NCBI GenBank assembly: GCA_965203295.1
Contig: CBDBCZ010000018.1
Span: 1,728,001-1,792,000, forward strand
From: Nitrospirales bacterium
Lineage (GTDB): Bacteria; Nitrospirota; Nitrospiria; Nitrospirales; UBA8639
DNA: 64,000 bases
Reading direction: 5' to 3'
The translations under genes and the position numbers were made by a program. Below are positions 52,901 through 64,000 of the stretch, in pieces (positions within the stretch are counted from its first letter, which is position 1; each line of letters opens with the position of its first letter). The notes beneath the pieces were generated by a model. That model ran no database searches and had not been told where the DNA came from. It saw only the letters and a list, made by a program, of their open reading frames with translations.

Positions 52901-55104
52901 AGCTAGTGACTTTGGCTTAAAGTCTTTGCCAGAGACAAACAAATCTAACAATTTTCAATGAACTCCTTCTTTCCTAATCTTCAGACTAACACCAACCAAA
53001 CTAAACAAGCCTTTGAATAACCAGTTCCGGTCTTGAACATCGATACTTCCTAAGCATGTATTGTATCCGACTAACATCATTCAAACTAAACAAGCTATTA
53101 AATCTTAAACCAATTTCTTTCCTAGACAGTTGGGAAGGGTCAGATCAATGGTAGCTAGTTGTTTTGACTGAAAGTTTCCTGAGATCAATAAAGCTAAAAT
53201 TGTACCAATTATTAGTGAAAACCCTTACTTTCTAAGCATGTATGTATTGTATCTGACAAACATCATTTAAACTAAACAAATGTTGAATCATAAACCAGTT
53301 CCTTTCCAAGACAGTTGGGTGGGGTCAGATCAATGGTAGCTAGATACTTTGGCTGAAAGTCTTTACCTGAGACCAACAAAACTAAAAATTTTCAATGAAA
53401 TCCTCCTTTCCTAATCTTCAACTAACATCAACTAAACTAAACAAGCCTTTGAATAACCAGTTCCTTTCTTGAACATCGATACTTCCTAAACATGTATTGT
53501 ATCCGACTAACACCATTCAAACTAAACAACCTATTAAATCTTACACCAATTTCTTTCCTAGACACTTATGAAGGGTCAGATCAATGGTAGCTACTTAGTT
53601 TGGCTGAAAGTCTTTGCCTGAGACCAATAAAACTGATAATTTTCAGTCAAAACCCTTACTTCCTAAGTATGTATTGTATCTGACTAACATCATTCAAACT
53701 AAACAAGCCTTTGAATAACCAGTTCTTTTTCTAAACAGTTGGGAAGGGTCAGATCAATGGTAGCTAGTGACTTTGGCTTAAAGTCTTTGCCAGAAACCAA
53801 CAAATCTAACAATTTTCAATGAAATCCTCCTTTCCTAATCTTCAGACTAACACCAACCAAACTAAACAAGCCTTTGAATAACCAGTTCCGGTCTTGAACA
53901 TCGATACTTCCTAAGCATGTATTGTATCCGACTAACATCATTCAAACTAAACAAGCTATTAAATCTTAAACCAATTTCTTTCCTAGACAGTTGGGAAGGG
54001 TCAGATCAATGGTAGCTAGTTGTTTTGACTGAAAGTTTCCTGAGATCAATAAAGCTAAAATTGTACCAATTATTAGTGAAAACCCTTACTTTCTAAGCAT
54101 GTATGTATTGTATCTGACAAACATCATTTAAACTAAACAAATGTTGAATCATAAACCAGTTCCTTTCCAAGACAGTTGGGTGGGGTCAGATCAATGGTAG
54201 CTAGATACTTTGGCTGAAAGTCTTTACCTGAGACCAACAAAACTAAAAATTTTCAATGAAATCCTCCTTTCCTAATCTTCAACTAACATCAACTAAACTA
54301 AACAAGCCTTTGAATAACCAGTTCCTTTCTTGAACATCGATACTTCCTAAACATGTATTGTATCCGACTAACACCATTCAAACTAAACAACCTATTAAAT
54401 CTTACACCAATTTCTTTCCTAGACACTTATGAAGGGTCAGATCAATGGTAGCTACTTAGTTTGGCTGAAAGTCTTTGCCTGAGACCAATAAAACTGATAA
54501 TTTTCAGTCAAAACCCTTACTTCCTAAGTATGTATTGTATCTGACTAACATCATTCAAACTAAACAAGCCTTTGAATAACCAGTTCTTTTTCTAAACAGT
54601 TGGGAAGGGTCAGATCAATGGTAGCTAGTGACTTTGGCTTAAAGTCTTTGCCAGAAACCAACAAATCTAACAATTTTCAATGAAATCCTCCTTTCCTAAT
54701 CTTCAGACTAACACCAACCAAACTAAACAAGCCTTTGAATAACCAGTTCCTTTCTTGAACATCGATACTTCCTAAGCATGTATTGTATTTGACTAACATC
54801 ATTCAAACTAAACTAGCCTTTGAATAACCAGTTCGTTTCCTAAACAGTTGGGAAGGGTCATATTAATGGTAGCTAGTTACTTTGGCTTAAAGTCTTTGCC
54901 AGAGATAAAAAAAAAACAATTTTTGAGGAAATTCTTCTTTCCTAATCTTCAGACTAACATCAACCAAACTAAACCGGCCTTTGAATAACCAGTTCCTTTC
55001 TTGAACATCGATACTTCCTAAGCATGTATTGTATCTGACTAACATCATTCAAACTAAACAAGCCTTTGCATAACCAGTTCTTTTCCTAAACAGTTGGGAA
55101 GGGT
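43981..55104. repeat. ~11.1 kb satellite array of 163-bp (A) and 85-bp (B) monomers with higher-order repeats
   Basis: gactaa starts at 45795, 45958, 46121, 46284 (163-bp steps) and 46369 (85-bp step); both monomers begin gactaacatca..caaactaaacaagcctttgaataaccagttc. Confidence 0.97.
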
Positions 55105-55110
55105 TAATGG

Positions 55111-55240
55111 TATGGCTCATAAAAGCCTATGACTATAATCAGAGCCGAGTTCTGAAAGTATGATTTTGTACGCGTGATATGGGGCCGCCATTTTTTTCCC
55201 GTGCCATCCCTACATATGGAGTACTACCGTACTCCATGAT
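55111..55240 (-). mobile_element. Terminal 130 bp of the element at 61115-62064, abutting the satellite
   Basis: Reverse complement of ~61115-61244, including the hairpin ggagtac-tacc-gtactcc. Confidence 0.8.
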
Positions 55241-55572
55241 AAATGGCTGCATATCACAATTGTACTTTACCATACAGTAAGTGTCAGTCATAGTAGAAAT
55301 TACTAGAGCAGTTAACTATCAAAACCACAGCCTCTTTACTTCGTCAGCAATTAAGTCACTTAGCCTGCTAAAATTTAATGGATTGAATTTAATTGGCCTG
55401 TTTTCAGCCCCTGACATCTCAAAATTCATTGCGTCAGAAATACTGGAATGGGTTCATTATACAATGAGTATCAAATATACTGACTGTACTCACCCAGCAT
55501 GCTCCATGGCTCTCCCAGCACTGGAACCGACGTCATTAGAGACGGCTTTGTCAGCCGCATAACTGTATGCAG

Positions 55573-55795
<223 letters not shown>

Positions 55796-56009
55796 GAATG
55801 CTCTCACGTATCAGCTTGTCACTTACAGGCTGTTTTATGGTAAGATGGACTGCCTGCCAGCACGTGTTGGTCTATTTAAAGCCTACCTTCAATCGTGCAT
55901 GAAAGCAAGGTTTATACATTTATGAAAAAGAGGGCCCAGAATAAACAATGTACATTCAAAACCGACAAAGTATAAAAAGAGTAGTGTTGACCCTGACTAG
56001 AAATGGGCA

Positions 56010-56992
56010 GCCTCACGTGCCAGTTACATAGCTGACCTTGACAAGCGACCTTCCCCCCCCCCCCATGCACATGCAGGCGAAGGCCTTCCTGATGCTGACT
56101 GGAGTACAAATTGAAACCTATACTACACACATTCTCAAACATATTCTATTCCAATACCTAACCATTTGTTACCACTTCCCAAAAAAACGCCCATAACAAG
56201 TTACAGAAAAAGCACTTTTCTAAAAAGTGCAAAAACAAGTCATGTAGGGATGGACTTTCACCAAAAAACAGTTCCCCAAAAACCAATGAAACAAGCGACA
56301 ATGCACAACGCAATGCGTGCACAGACAACCCACCCATCACAGCGCAATGCATTTATTGCGTAGCTACCATCTCTACATCTTTCCAACCACACCCACCACA
56401 ATCCGTACCTCGCCCCCATACTTAACTGCACCCCAATACTTCCTTCAACACACACAACCATCCACAATCATCACTATCATATATATACCACCCTTACATC
56501 CTTATCCACAATCATTAATGGCTACATTATAAAACACAACACCCCACACTACAGCCAACCCAAACCTTCACAGGAACGCTAGCTACTCCCATCAAAATTC
56601 ACTTCACTCCACGAATCCCACATTCTCAAGCACAAACCAAGCAGAGCAATTCCTCACAACATCAACCACCATACAACACACTCAACAAAGTTGACAACAC
56701 TCAATCTATACTTTACCAACACACCCACACAGACCTCCCCTACAAAGAACCTGCACATACAAACACTCTCAAAACTTCATCACACTCAACAACCAAACAC
56801 AACCAAAGTCCCTATACAAACATGACTCCACCCTCAATGACTCACTAGTCCAACATATACACCATGAACACTTTCAGCTACCCTCCACAACCTCCAACAT
56901 ACTAGTCATAATTAGCAATATACACACACCAAATTACACTACCACTGTTCACATCTCACATATACATGATTGTGGTTGAAAAGATGTAGGGA
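56010..56992 (+). mobile_element. C/A-rich ~1 kb interspersed repeat (copy 1), possibly Penelope-derived
   Basis: Homologous along its length to ~62125-63200. Confidence 0.7.
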
Positions 56993-56997
56993 GAAGA

Positions 56998-57583
56998 TGC
57001 TAGCTCTTTCCAGCGACTACAAGACTTAGTCTCGCGATGTCAGGCACTTTAACACAAAAGGTTAGTTGCGGTATAGTCCTAGCTGTAAGTGAAAGCCAAG
57101 CAGAGATATAACTGCTATGCTAGGCTAACCATGTTGATGTGCATTAAATGGAGTCGGTGCCGTTCGCCTGCATGTAGCCTGTGGTATAGCTAGGCTACAG
57201 TGCTAGCTCGCCTGTTTGGTCTAGCAGCTGTTTGTAGTCTCTCCTCTGAGTCACTGCCTCTGGTTAGAATGTGGTGAACATGCAAGTAGCCATGCTGAGA
57301 ATAAAATCAGTGCCATTCACTTGATATGTAGCTAGGCTATGGCTGTGAAGAGCTAGGCTGTAGTCCCAGAATGCCTAAACTGTTTTACAGCTGATTGTAG
57401 TCTTCTCTGTAGCGCTGTCTCCACACTTCAATCTGCCAGCAGCACTACTAGCTAAATGTACCCTACAAACCAACAAATCGCATGCAGATTACATCTTTAA
57501 TCTCTATCTGTATAGAGCGAGCGCAGCGAGCGAGTTCAACAAACACAAGTAGTTGTGCGAGCGAAGCGAGCACAACTACTTGT
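56998..57583 (+). mobile_element. Body and hairpin end of the 13480 element family
   Basis: 56998-57367 matches 13806-14202; ends with gcGAgcGCAgcGAgc (~57517-57531) and a perfect 14-bp stem 57545-57558/57570-57583 around GAgcGAAgcGA. Confidence 0.7.
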
Positions 57584-57853
57584 AATTTTAAAGCAGATTA
57601 AATTGGCCAGTAAAAACAAATGTAAACACTCACAGCCAGCAGCACTTTGGGATCAAACATTGACTCCTTGTCTTCAGCTGCTTTCTTCTTTCGCTCTGTA
57701 ATGAGTCTGTAGGACAACAGGGAGACAGGCACACACATTATCTAATAGGTAACTATTCTGTAGGTCCACACAAGTGGCCCACTACCACATGGAAACATCA
57801 CTGTGGTCATGTACATTGATTCTGCAAGAAACAATGCGAATGTAGCTAGGTCT
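57584..57853. repeat. Second copy of the 455-750 duplication
   Basis: Direct sequence identity with small deletions. Confidence 0.85.
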
Positions 57854-58039
57854 GAAAAAAAAACTGGCAATACGACACGACACTATGTAGCTTTAATTAC
57901 TTGGTGACTGCAAGACCAGACAGAGATCATATACGTACATAGTTCTGTCTGTTACATGACATTTTGTACAGATGCTCACTCCATGGCTCTGCTGCAACCT
58001 ACCTTAAAGATGGTTTCCTTCACCACCTCCTGGCTGTCG

Positions 58040-58435
58040 TTGTGCACGGTAACAAAGCCACTGAAATTTTCTCCCAGGTAGATCATCCTTGAACGGGGAG
58101 AGGGTAAGAATGGTCAGCTTTCACAATCAGCAGCCAAAGGCAACTACATATACGTATATGTATATGCATGCACATGCTCCTGCAACTCACAGGCCGTAAT
58201 CTCACAAATACAACAGTCAGCAATACTGCAGTTTCTTGGCTGGACCTTCGCCATTCAAACGTGGTGTTCTGGTGCTGTGCCGTATCATGTAGATGGCGGA
58301 GCTCCCTTCCAGAGCCATCCCTCAGGGGGAGCAATTTCAACAATCTTCTTGACATGAGTTTGGTGGATGAGTATGGGACGATTGCAGCGGGACCTCAAAC
58401 ATGTGACTGCTTCAGTGTATTGGTCTTCAGATCGG
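58040..58435 (-). mobile_element. BEL/Pao LTR-retrotransposon gag remnant
   Basis: Frameshifted YTEAVTCLRSRCNRPILIHQTHVKKIVEIAP / LRDGSGRELRHLHDTAQHQ / TTFEWRRSSQ, resembling BEL/Pao gag. Confidence 0.65.
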
Positions 58436-59423
58436 GAACAACTACTACACAGTGGCAAAAAGAGATATATATAGAAAAAAGGAGAGTTCTAGAATGTTCC
58501 AAGAACAGGTGGCACAAGAACAGGTGGCAAGGACAAGGGAAAATCAGGAGTCAGAAGTCTATGTACAAGAAAACAGGAAAGGGCCTAAAGCATCTTTGAG
58601 CATGGTTACAACTACAACATGAACAATAGCTAATCATTGACATATCTCTAACAGACGTACATGTATGTACATGTGGATCGACAAATGTGACGTACATGTA
58701 TGTATTGCCACACTATTGACCCAGACGTGAATTTCCATGCCATAGAGTTTCCAGTATTCTCAATCGCGGCAATGTTATGAAAATGGCAGTGCTACATGTA
58801 CCAAAAGCAACTTGTACTGTACCAATTCATTCTCACTACTGTTGATGACAATTGTCCAAGTGCTGGATTTTAATAGCTTGGCCTAAGCTGAGTTGTGTGT
58901 ATTGTACGGGGAAAGGCGTCCGGCTGTTTTTTTAGACATGAAATGTCAGACTTGTTTGATCAGAGTTTGCAGGTGGGTAATTATAGCTGGAGGCCTGCCT
59001 GACTCACCTGCCTGGCTGCTATATACCACTTCAGTTCCCTCTGTGTGGCATCATTGTGGTCTGGTGGAGAGTAGAAAGAGGGAATTAATCAACTCCAATA
59101 ACCTTAGAGCAGTTACCCTCTCACGGCCAGTGAACTATAGAGCCTTTTTATAGAACTGAGTTAATTTTTTTGTGTTCCAAAGTCAGACTGACTGTGTTAT
59201 ATATCGATCACTTATCTGCCTGTTTAATACATGTACATCTAGATGTTTTGATACTACATGAGTGCACGTACTTAAATGTACTTTATTGTATGTTTCACTG
59301 TGTCTGTAATAGGGTCACGCTGTGGCAGCCACCTCCCTATAATGGCCACCATATGTGGCCCAACCTACATGTCGGTAGTGCACAGTGGACCTCGTAATAC
59401 CGTGGATACAACCACCTCTTATA

Positions 59424-59993
59424 CCGTATAGCGGGAAATTTTCACCCGGCGTAAATTTTCGCCAATTTCGCCAGTCAGCTCAAGTGCGAAAAATTAACCG
59501 GTGAAATTTTAACAGGTGAATTTTTTACACATAGTCAACGGTAGCATGCAGCTGCGAAAGTTAAGCTCACCATCGACTACCGGTATGGCTCTGCTGCAAT
59601 ATTTACCACATGGACAGCTCCCTGACTCAATGGGGGCACTGTCATCTTCGTTGCTATCATCGGCAATTGCGGAAGCGAACGTAGCCGTTACCAACGCTCG
59701 GCACAAAGAAGAGGCTACAAAGGCAAAAAGAGGGCCTTATACGTATGATGCTAAGTAATGAACTGAAGTCCAAATCGCTAGTGAGAACGGAGATTCTGCG
59801 GCAGCAAGACATTTTTCAACCTTCTCGAGACTGCTAAACTGCTGTGTTGAATGGAATAATTATTGATAATGCCATCGAATTTAATTTTAGACAATTGCAT
59901 GAGCGCGAAAATAAATCTGCCGAAATTTTCCGGCAATACTACGCATCTGGGTTTGGCGAAATTTCTCCTCAGCGAAAATTTCCCGCTATACGG
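59424..59993 (+). mobile_element. Internally deleted pogo-like DNA transposon
   Basis: TIR ccgtatagcgggaaattttc / gaaaatttcccgctatacgg with TA on both sides; MALLQYL...LPDSMGALSSSLLSSAIAEAN...KRGPY and ASENGDSAAARHF. Confidence 0.82.
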
Positions 59994-60179
59994 TATTACA
60001 GTCATTGTCCGAGGGTGAATGCTTACTATAGAGATTCCACTATAGGTTTGGGTGGATTAATTAAAATTGGAAGCCACGATAACTTTGTCCACTTGATGCT
60101 TACATAAAATGGGACAAAATAGTTATCTTAGGCTTCGCCCAGGATTCTACTACTTTATGGACACAATCACATTCCAAAC

Positions 60180-61113
60180 GTGGCAATAGAATTATTGTCA
60201 GTGGGCTATTCAAGAATTTCAAATTGTATTTTTCAGATCAACATTTTACCAACTGGTAGCAAAGAAAAATGGAGGTGCAATTTATGTGAGAAATAGTGAC
60301 GTTAGCCTAACACAAAACATGTTTCAAAACAACTCTGCCTATCACGGAGGTACTCTATATGCTCACGAGAGCAGCAGAATTATGGTAACAAACAACACGT
60401 TTCTGAACAACATTGCCAAGGAAGGAGGTGCCATCTACGTCAGAATAGCATTGCCATCCTCACAGAGACAGCTAACGAAGGAGGCAGTCTTAATACTACA
60501 AATAGTATCCCAAACTTAACATTTTCAGAATAACCTCGCATATACTTATGGAACAACTCTGCAAACAACAACACATTCAACAGCGAACTTACACCAACAG
60601 AAAACAAATTTTAGAATAATACCGCTGATTACAGAGGTTCTCTTGATGTCAGAAGCTCTATGCTATCCCTCACAAGGAACACGTTTCAAAGAAACTCTGC
60701 TCATTTGATGGGTGGTACTCTTCAATCCGTTAACAGTAGCCTAAAGCTCATGAAGAACATACTTCAAAATAATACTGACGCTGTAGCCTCTGCCGCTGCA
60801 GTCTAATCTGTGAGAGCATCCCTAAGCTAGCTGCACTGCAGCCACCGTGGCCACGTGAACAATCTGGAATATTACGGAAACTATTTGAAATGTTATATTG
60901 AACCGCAAAACAATATGCAGTATGTACGTACGCACGTACACACGCATGTACGTACACCGTACGCACAGACAAATTCTCAATTGAACACACTAGTGCGGGG
61001 CTCGCTCATGCTCGCCCAATTATAAACATGCTGATAAGCTTCAACAGCTCCAAATAAGTGGAAGTGTTAACAATGTAGCTACAGAGAGTGGAGGAGGAGC
61101 TTATGTATCAAGT
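60180..61113 (+). pseudogene. Degraded Pmp-like / right-handed beta-helix repeat protein fragment
   Basis: Repeated FxxNxA...GG(A/T)(I/L)Y units (FQNNSAYHGGTLY, FLNNIAKEGGAIY, FQRNSAHLMGGTL, NNVATESGGGAY) with frameshifts; interrupted by an element at ~60773-61022. Confidence 0.7.
60773..61022 (-). mobile_element. Short HINE-like element with a GA-mismatch hairpin head
   Basis: Minus-strand start ttgggcGAgcatgagcGAgccc, then a cgta/gtac microsatellite-like tract and a 3' hairpin; interrupts the Pmp-like frame. Confidence 0.55.
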
Positions 61114-61114
61114 A

Positions 61115-62064
61115 ATCATGGAGTACGATAGTACTCCATATGTAGGGATGGCACGGCAAAAAAATGGCGGCCCCATATAACGCGTACAAAATCATACGTT
61201 CAGAACTCGGCTTTGATTATAGTCATAGGCTTTTATGAGCCATATTATGACATCTCGAGTGTTTTCATCAGCAACAAGACTGTTGGCGTTGCTAGAAACC
61301 TTCGCTGGAGTACCAGACGGGCAAGTCGACACGGTGGAGGGGAGGGGCGTAATCGTACAATTCTTTCTTCTTTCTTCAGCCAGGCTAGCACGATAATGGC
61401 TGAAGCGATCACAATGATTCAAGCGTGAACAAGCTGGATATTCCCCGGGGTATTGCACTCGGAGCATAGCTTATTCAAAAAAATCGAATGGATTCAGCAG
61501 TGATTTACGAGTACTCTTGAGTGGACGCTTGCCGTTCCACGCCATTTAATGACTACTGTTCCGTTCCGTCCCGAGTTTTAGTTACCGCCCCGTACTTCAC
61601 GTGTTCGTCTATTTAACGCCCACCTTTGATCGTGCCAGCTGTCCGGGCCTGAGCTTCATCTTCTGGGTGTAAGTCACACGAAATCACACGAAAATTTAGC
61701 TATAATACACTTACTCACAAGGCTGATTATATGTTTGTTGGCCCTAGTCCAAACGGCTTCTGGCCAGAGATACTGTTTAAGAGTTGTAAGTTGTCCGCAA
61801 CAAATTTGCCTTGTTCTCTGGGCCTTTCTGTTTGCCTTTGTTATGTTTCATGAGCCACTTTTGTCTATGAATACTAGCACAAGCAGAAAAGCCTTGGAAA
61901 GGAGGTTTATCGCATCCGGACTACCCCTACCATCCGGAGCCCCCCTCGCTTACTCTATTGGAGGGGGCAGTCAGCTATTCGTCTTTGTGACACTAGAAAA
62001 TGCAATACATATAATTGTCCTCGAAGATAATTCATATAGAGTACGGTACTAGCTACTCCATAAT
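61115..62064 (+). mobile_element. ~950 bp non-coding element with hairpins at both ends
   Basis: Left atggagtac-gata-gtactccat, right gagta-cggtactagc-tactccataat; terminal IR atcatggagta / tactccataat; internal 61514-61650 matches ~15806-15929. Confidence 0.6.
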
Positions 62065-62124
62065 AAATGCTAGGGCAGCTCCCCTTGCTAGCTGTAATGC
62101 CGACCTTGACAAGAAAAGGGCAAC

Positions 62125-63397
62125 CTCACATGCCAGTTACATAGCTGATCCTGACACAGAGACCTTTCCCCCCATGCACATGCAGACGAAGGCCTTCTTG
62201 GTGCTGACTGGGGTACAAATCGAAACCTATACTACATGCAATCATCCTCAAACACATTCCATCCCAACACTATCCCTATACCATACACAGTTACACCAAC
62301 ACATTTGTTACTACCTCCCAAAAAACACCCCAAAACAAGTTACAGAAAAAGCACTTTGCCAAAGTGCAAAAACAAGTTATGTAGGGATGCACTTCCACCA
62401 AAAAACACTTCCCCAAAAACCAATGAAACAAGCAACAGTGCACACCACAATGCATGCACAGACTACCCACACATCACAGTGCAATGCATTTACCGCGTAG
62501 CTACCATCCCTACATCTTTCCAACCACACCCACCACAATCTGTACCATGCCCCCATACTCAACAGCACACCGAATACTTCCTTTAACACACACAACCATC
62601 CACAATCATCATCAAGTTCATCAACCATGACACCTCGTCTCCATCCAACTTACTTCTTATATCCACAATCATCACATACTTTACAAAACATATCACCCTA
62701 CACTACAACCAACCCAAACCTTCACAGGAGCACTACTCCCATCAAAATGCACTTCGCTCCACCATTCACCATTCACAAGTACAATTGAGCAGAGCAATTC
62801 CTCACAACACCACACTGCCACCTACACACACAACTAACACAACCCACATCAACCACCATACAACGCACTCAACAAAGTTTCTACACTTTACCAAACGCAC
62901 CCACATTGACCTCCTCTACAAAGAACCTGCACACACAAATATCTCACAACACACTCACAAACTTCATAACACTCCACCTGGCATAACCAAACACCCCCCA
63001 AGTCCCTATACAAACACCATATTTTATGACTACATCCTCAATGACTCACTAGTCCACATTCTACAGTTTCAGCTACCTTCCACAACCACCACATGCTCAG
63101 TCATTAGCATTGAGCAATACGCACACACCAAATTACACTACCACTCTTCACATCTCACATATACGTATACATGGTTGTGGTGGGTGTGGTTGGAAAGATG
63201 TAGGGATGGTAGCTACGCGGTAAATGCATTGCGCTGTGATGTGTGGTCTGTGCATGCAATGTGGTGTGCACTGTTGCTTGTTTCATTGGTTTTTGGGGAA
63301 GTGTTTTTTGGTGGAAGTGCATCCCTACATAAGTGTTTTTGGTGGAAGTGCATCCCTACATAACTTGTTTTTGCACTTTGGCAAAGTGCTTTTTGTA
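62125..63397 (+). mobile_element. C/A-rich repeat (copy 2) ending in an inverted copy of an internal ~200-bp segment
   Basis: Homologous to 56010-56992; 63174-63397 is the reverse complement of ~62341-62539. Confidence 0.7.
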
Positions 63398-63479
63398 GTT
63401 AGCATTGAGCAAATGACAACTTTGTGGGAAATTCATTACAATGTGGAATTAGAGCTTATTAAGGATGGAGTTATAAAGA

Positions 63480-64000
63480 AAGCACGTAGATTAATATCAA
63501 AGGAGAGAGAGGCAGGAATACTTTGTTTTTCGGTTGTCTTTACCACAATGCCCACAGATAGTGAAAATGTTTCCTTTATTGAAAGTAGTTACAGTGCAAT
63601 GAAAGAGCATGTGCTTTGCATGAAGGAGAGGGGTCAGGTTGTGCTTGTAGTTTATTTTAATACCAGAGTGGGAAAATCTTTCGAATTGGATGATGTAATG
63701 GTGAAGGAAAATGTAATGCAGTGGTAACAGGTTGATTTCCTTTTTGAATGAGGTTGAGCTTGAAGTCTGTAATGGCCGTGAGTTCACTGTGGAACCACAG
63801 TGAACTAGAGCTGGACCTCTGAAGCAGAAGTTTATCATTGATTATATATAGTTACTGATTTCAACTTGTTGCAGGTTTCAGGGAGTGTGCAGGTAGATAC
63901 AACGGATATAGGAAAATCGGATCACTTTCTGGTATGGATGGAATTGGGTAGGACTGTAAAAACCACGGGTTATTAAGGAATGGCGCATTGAACGGTTTCA
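63480..64000 (+). mobile_element. LINE apurinic-type endonuclease (ORF2 N-terminus) remnant
   Basis: VVLVVYFNTRVG (GDFN-like), then frameshifted GNRLISFLNE...CNG, IIDYIV and IGKSDHFLVW. Confidence 0.8.

Noticed and set aside
43981..55104. Satellite as a CRISPR-like array, tandem RNA genes or a repeat protein
   Set aside because: The sequences between the shared heads are two recurring types rather than unique spacers; no cas genes; no tRNA/5S/snRNA fold recognised; 163 and 85 are not multiples of 3 and ORFs are short
60180..61113. Bacterial contamination or recent horizontal transfer of a pmp gene
   Set aside because: Embedded among eukaryotic TEs and decayed; GGAI/FxxN repeat proteins are common in non-bilaterian animals
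62785..63363. 192-aa His/Thr-rich ORF and neighbouring ORFs
   Set aside because: Arise from C/A strand bias of a repeat; the frame is not conserved in the paralog at 56640-56990

Overview
Eukaryotic, intron-rich, repeat-dense animal DNA; the repeat families and Pmp-like beta-helix fragments suggest a non-bilaterian, probably a demosponge (inference only). I find no clearly intact protein-coding gene. The window holds three spliced gene fragments that I assembled by hand. (1) The C-terminal half of an NPC1-like gene (+, 18939-25690, 12 exons, one frameshift). (2) The N-terminal half of CEP78 (-, 38356-34862, 6 exons, two in-frame stops). (3) Directly downstream on the same strand and phase-compatible, the C-terminal half of a CDC50/TMEM30 gene (-, 34223-32472), which contains a textbook U12-type intron. 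An ~11.1 kb satellite (43981-55104) is built from two related monomers (163 and 85 bp) with higher-order duplications. The rest is a mosaic of LINE, BEL/Pao, pogo-like, Ginger-like, AcademH-like, Helentron/HINE-like, SINE and Penelope-like remnants. The most unusual recurrent signal is a set of palindromic elements with different arm sequences that share a strand-specific hairpin tip (stem-GA-short stem-GNA loop-short stem-GA-stem), once seen in both orientations between matching arms. All alignments and translations were done by eye and no database searches were run.
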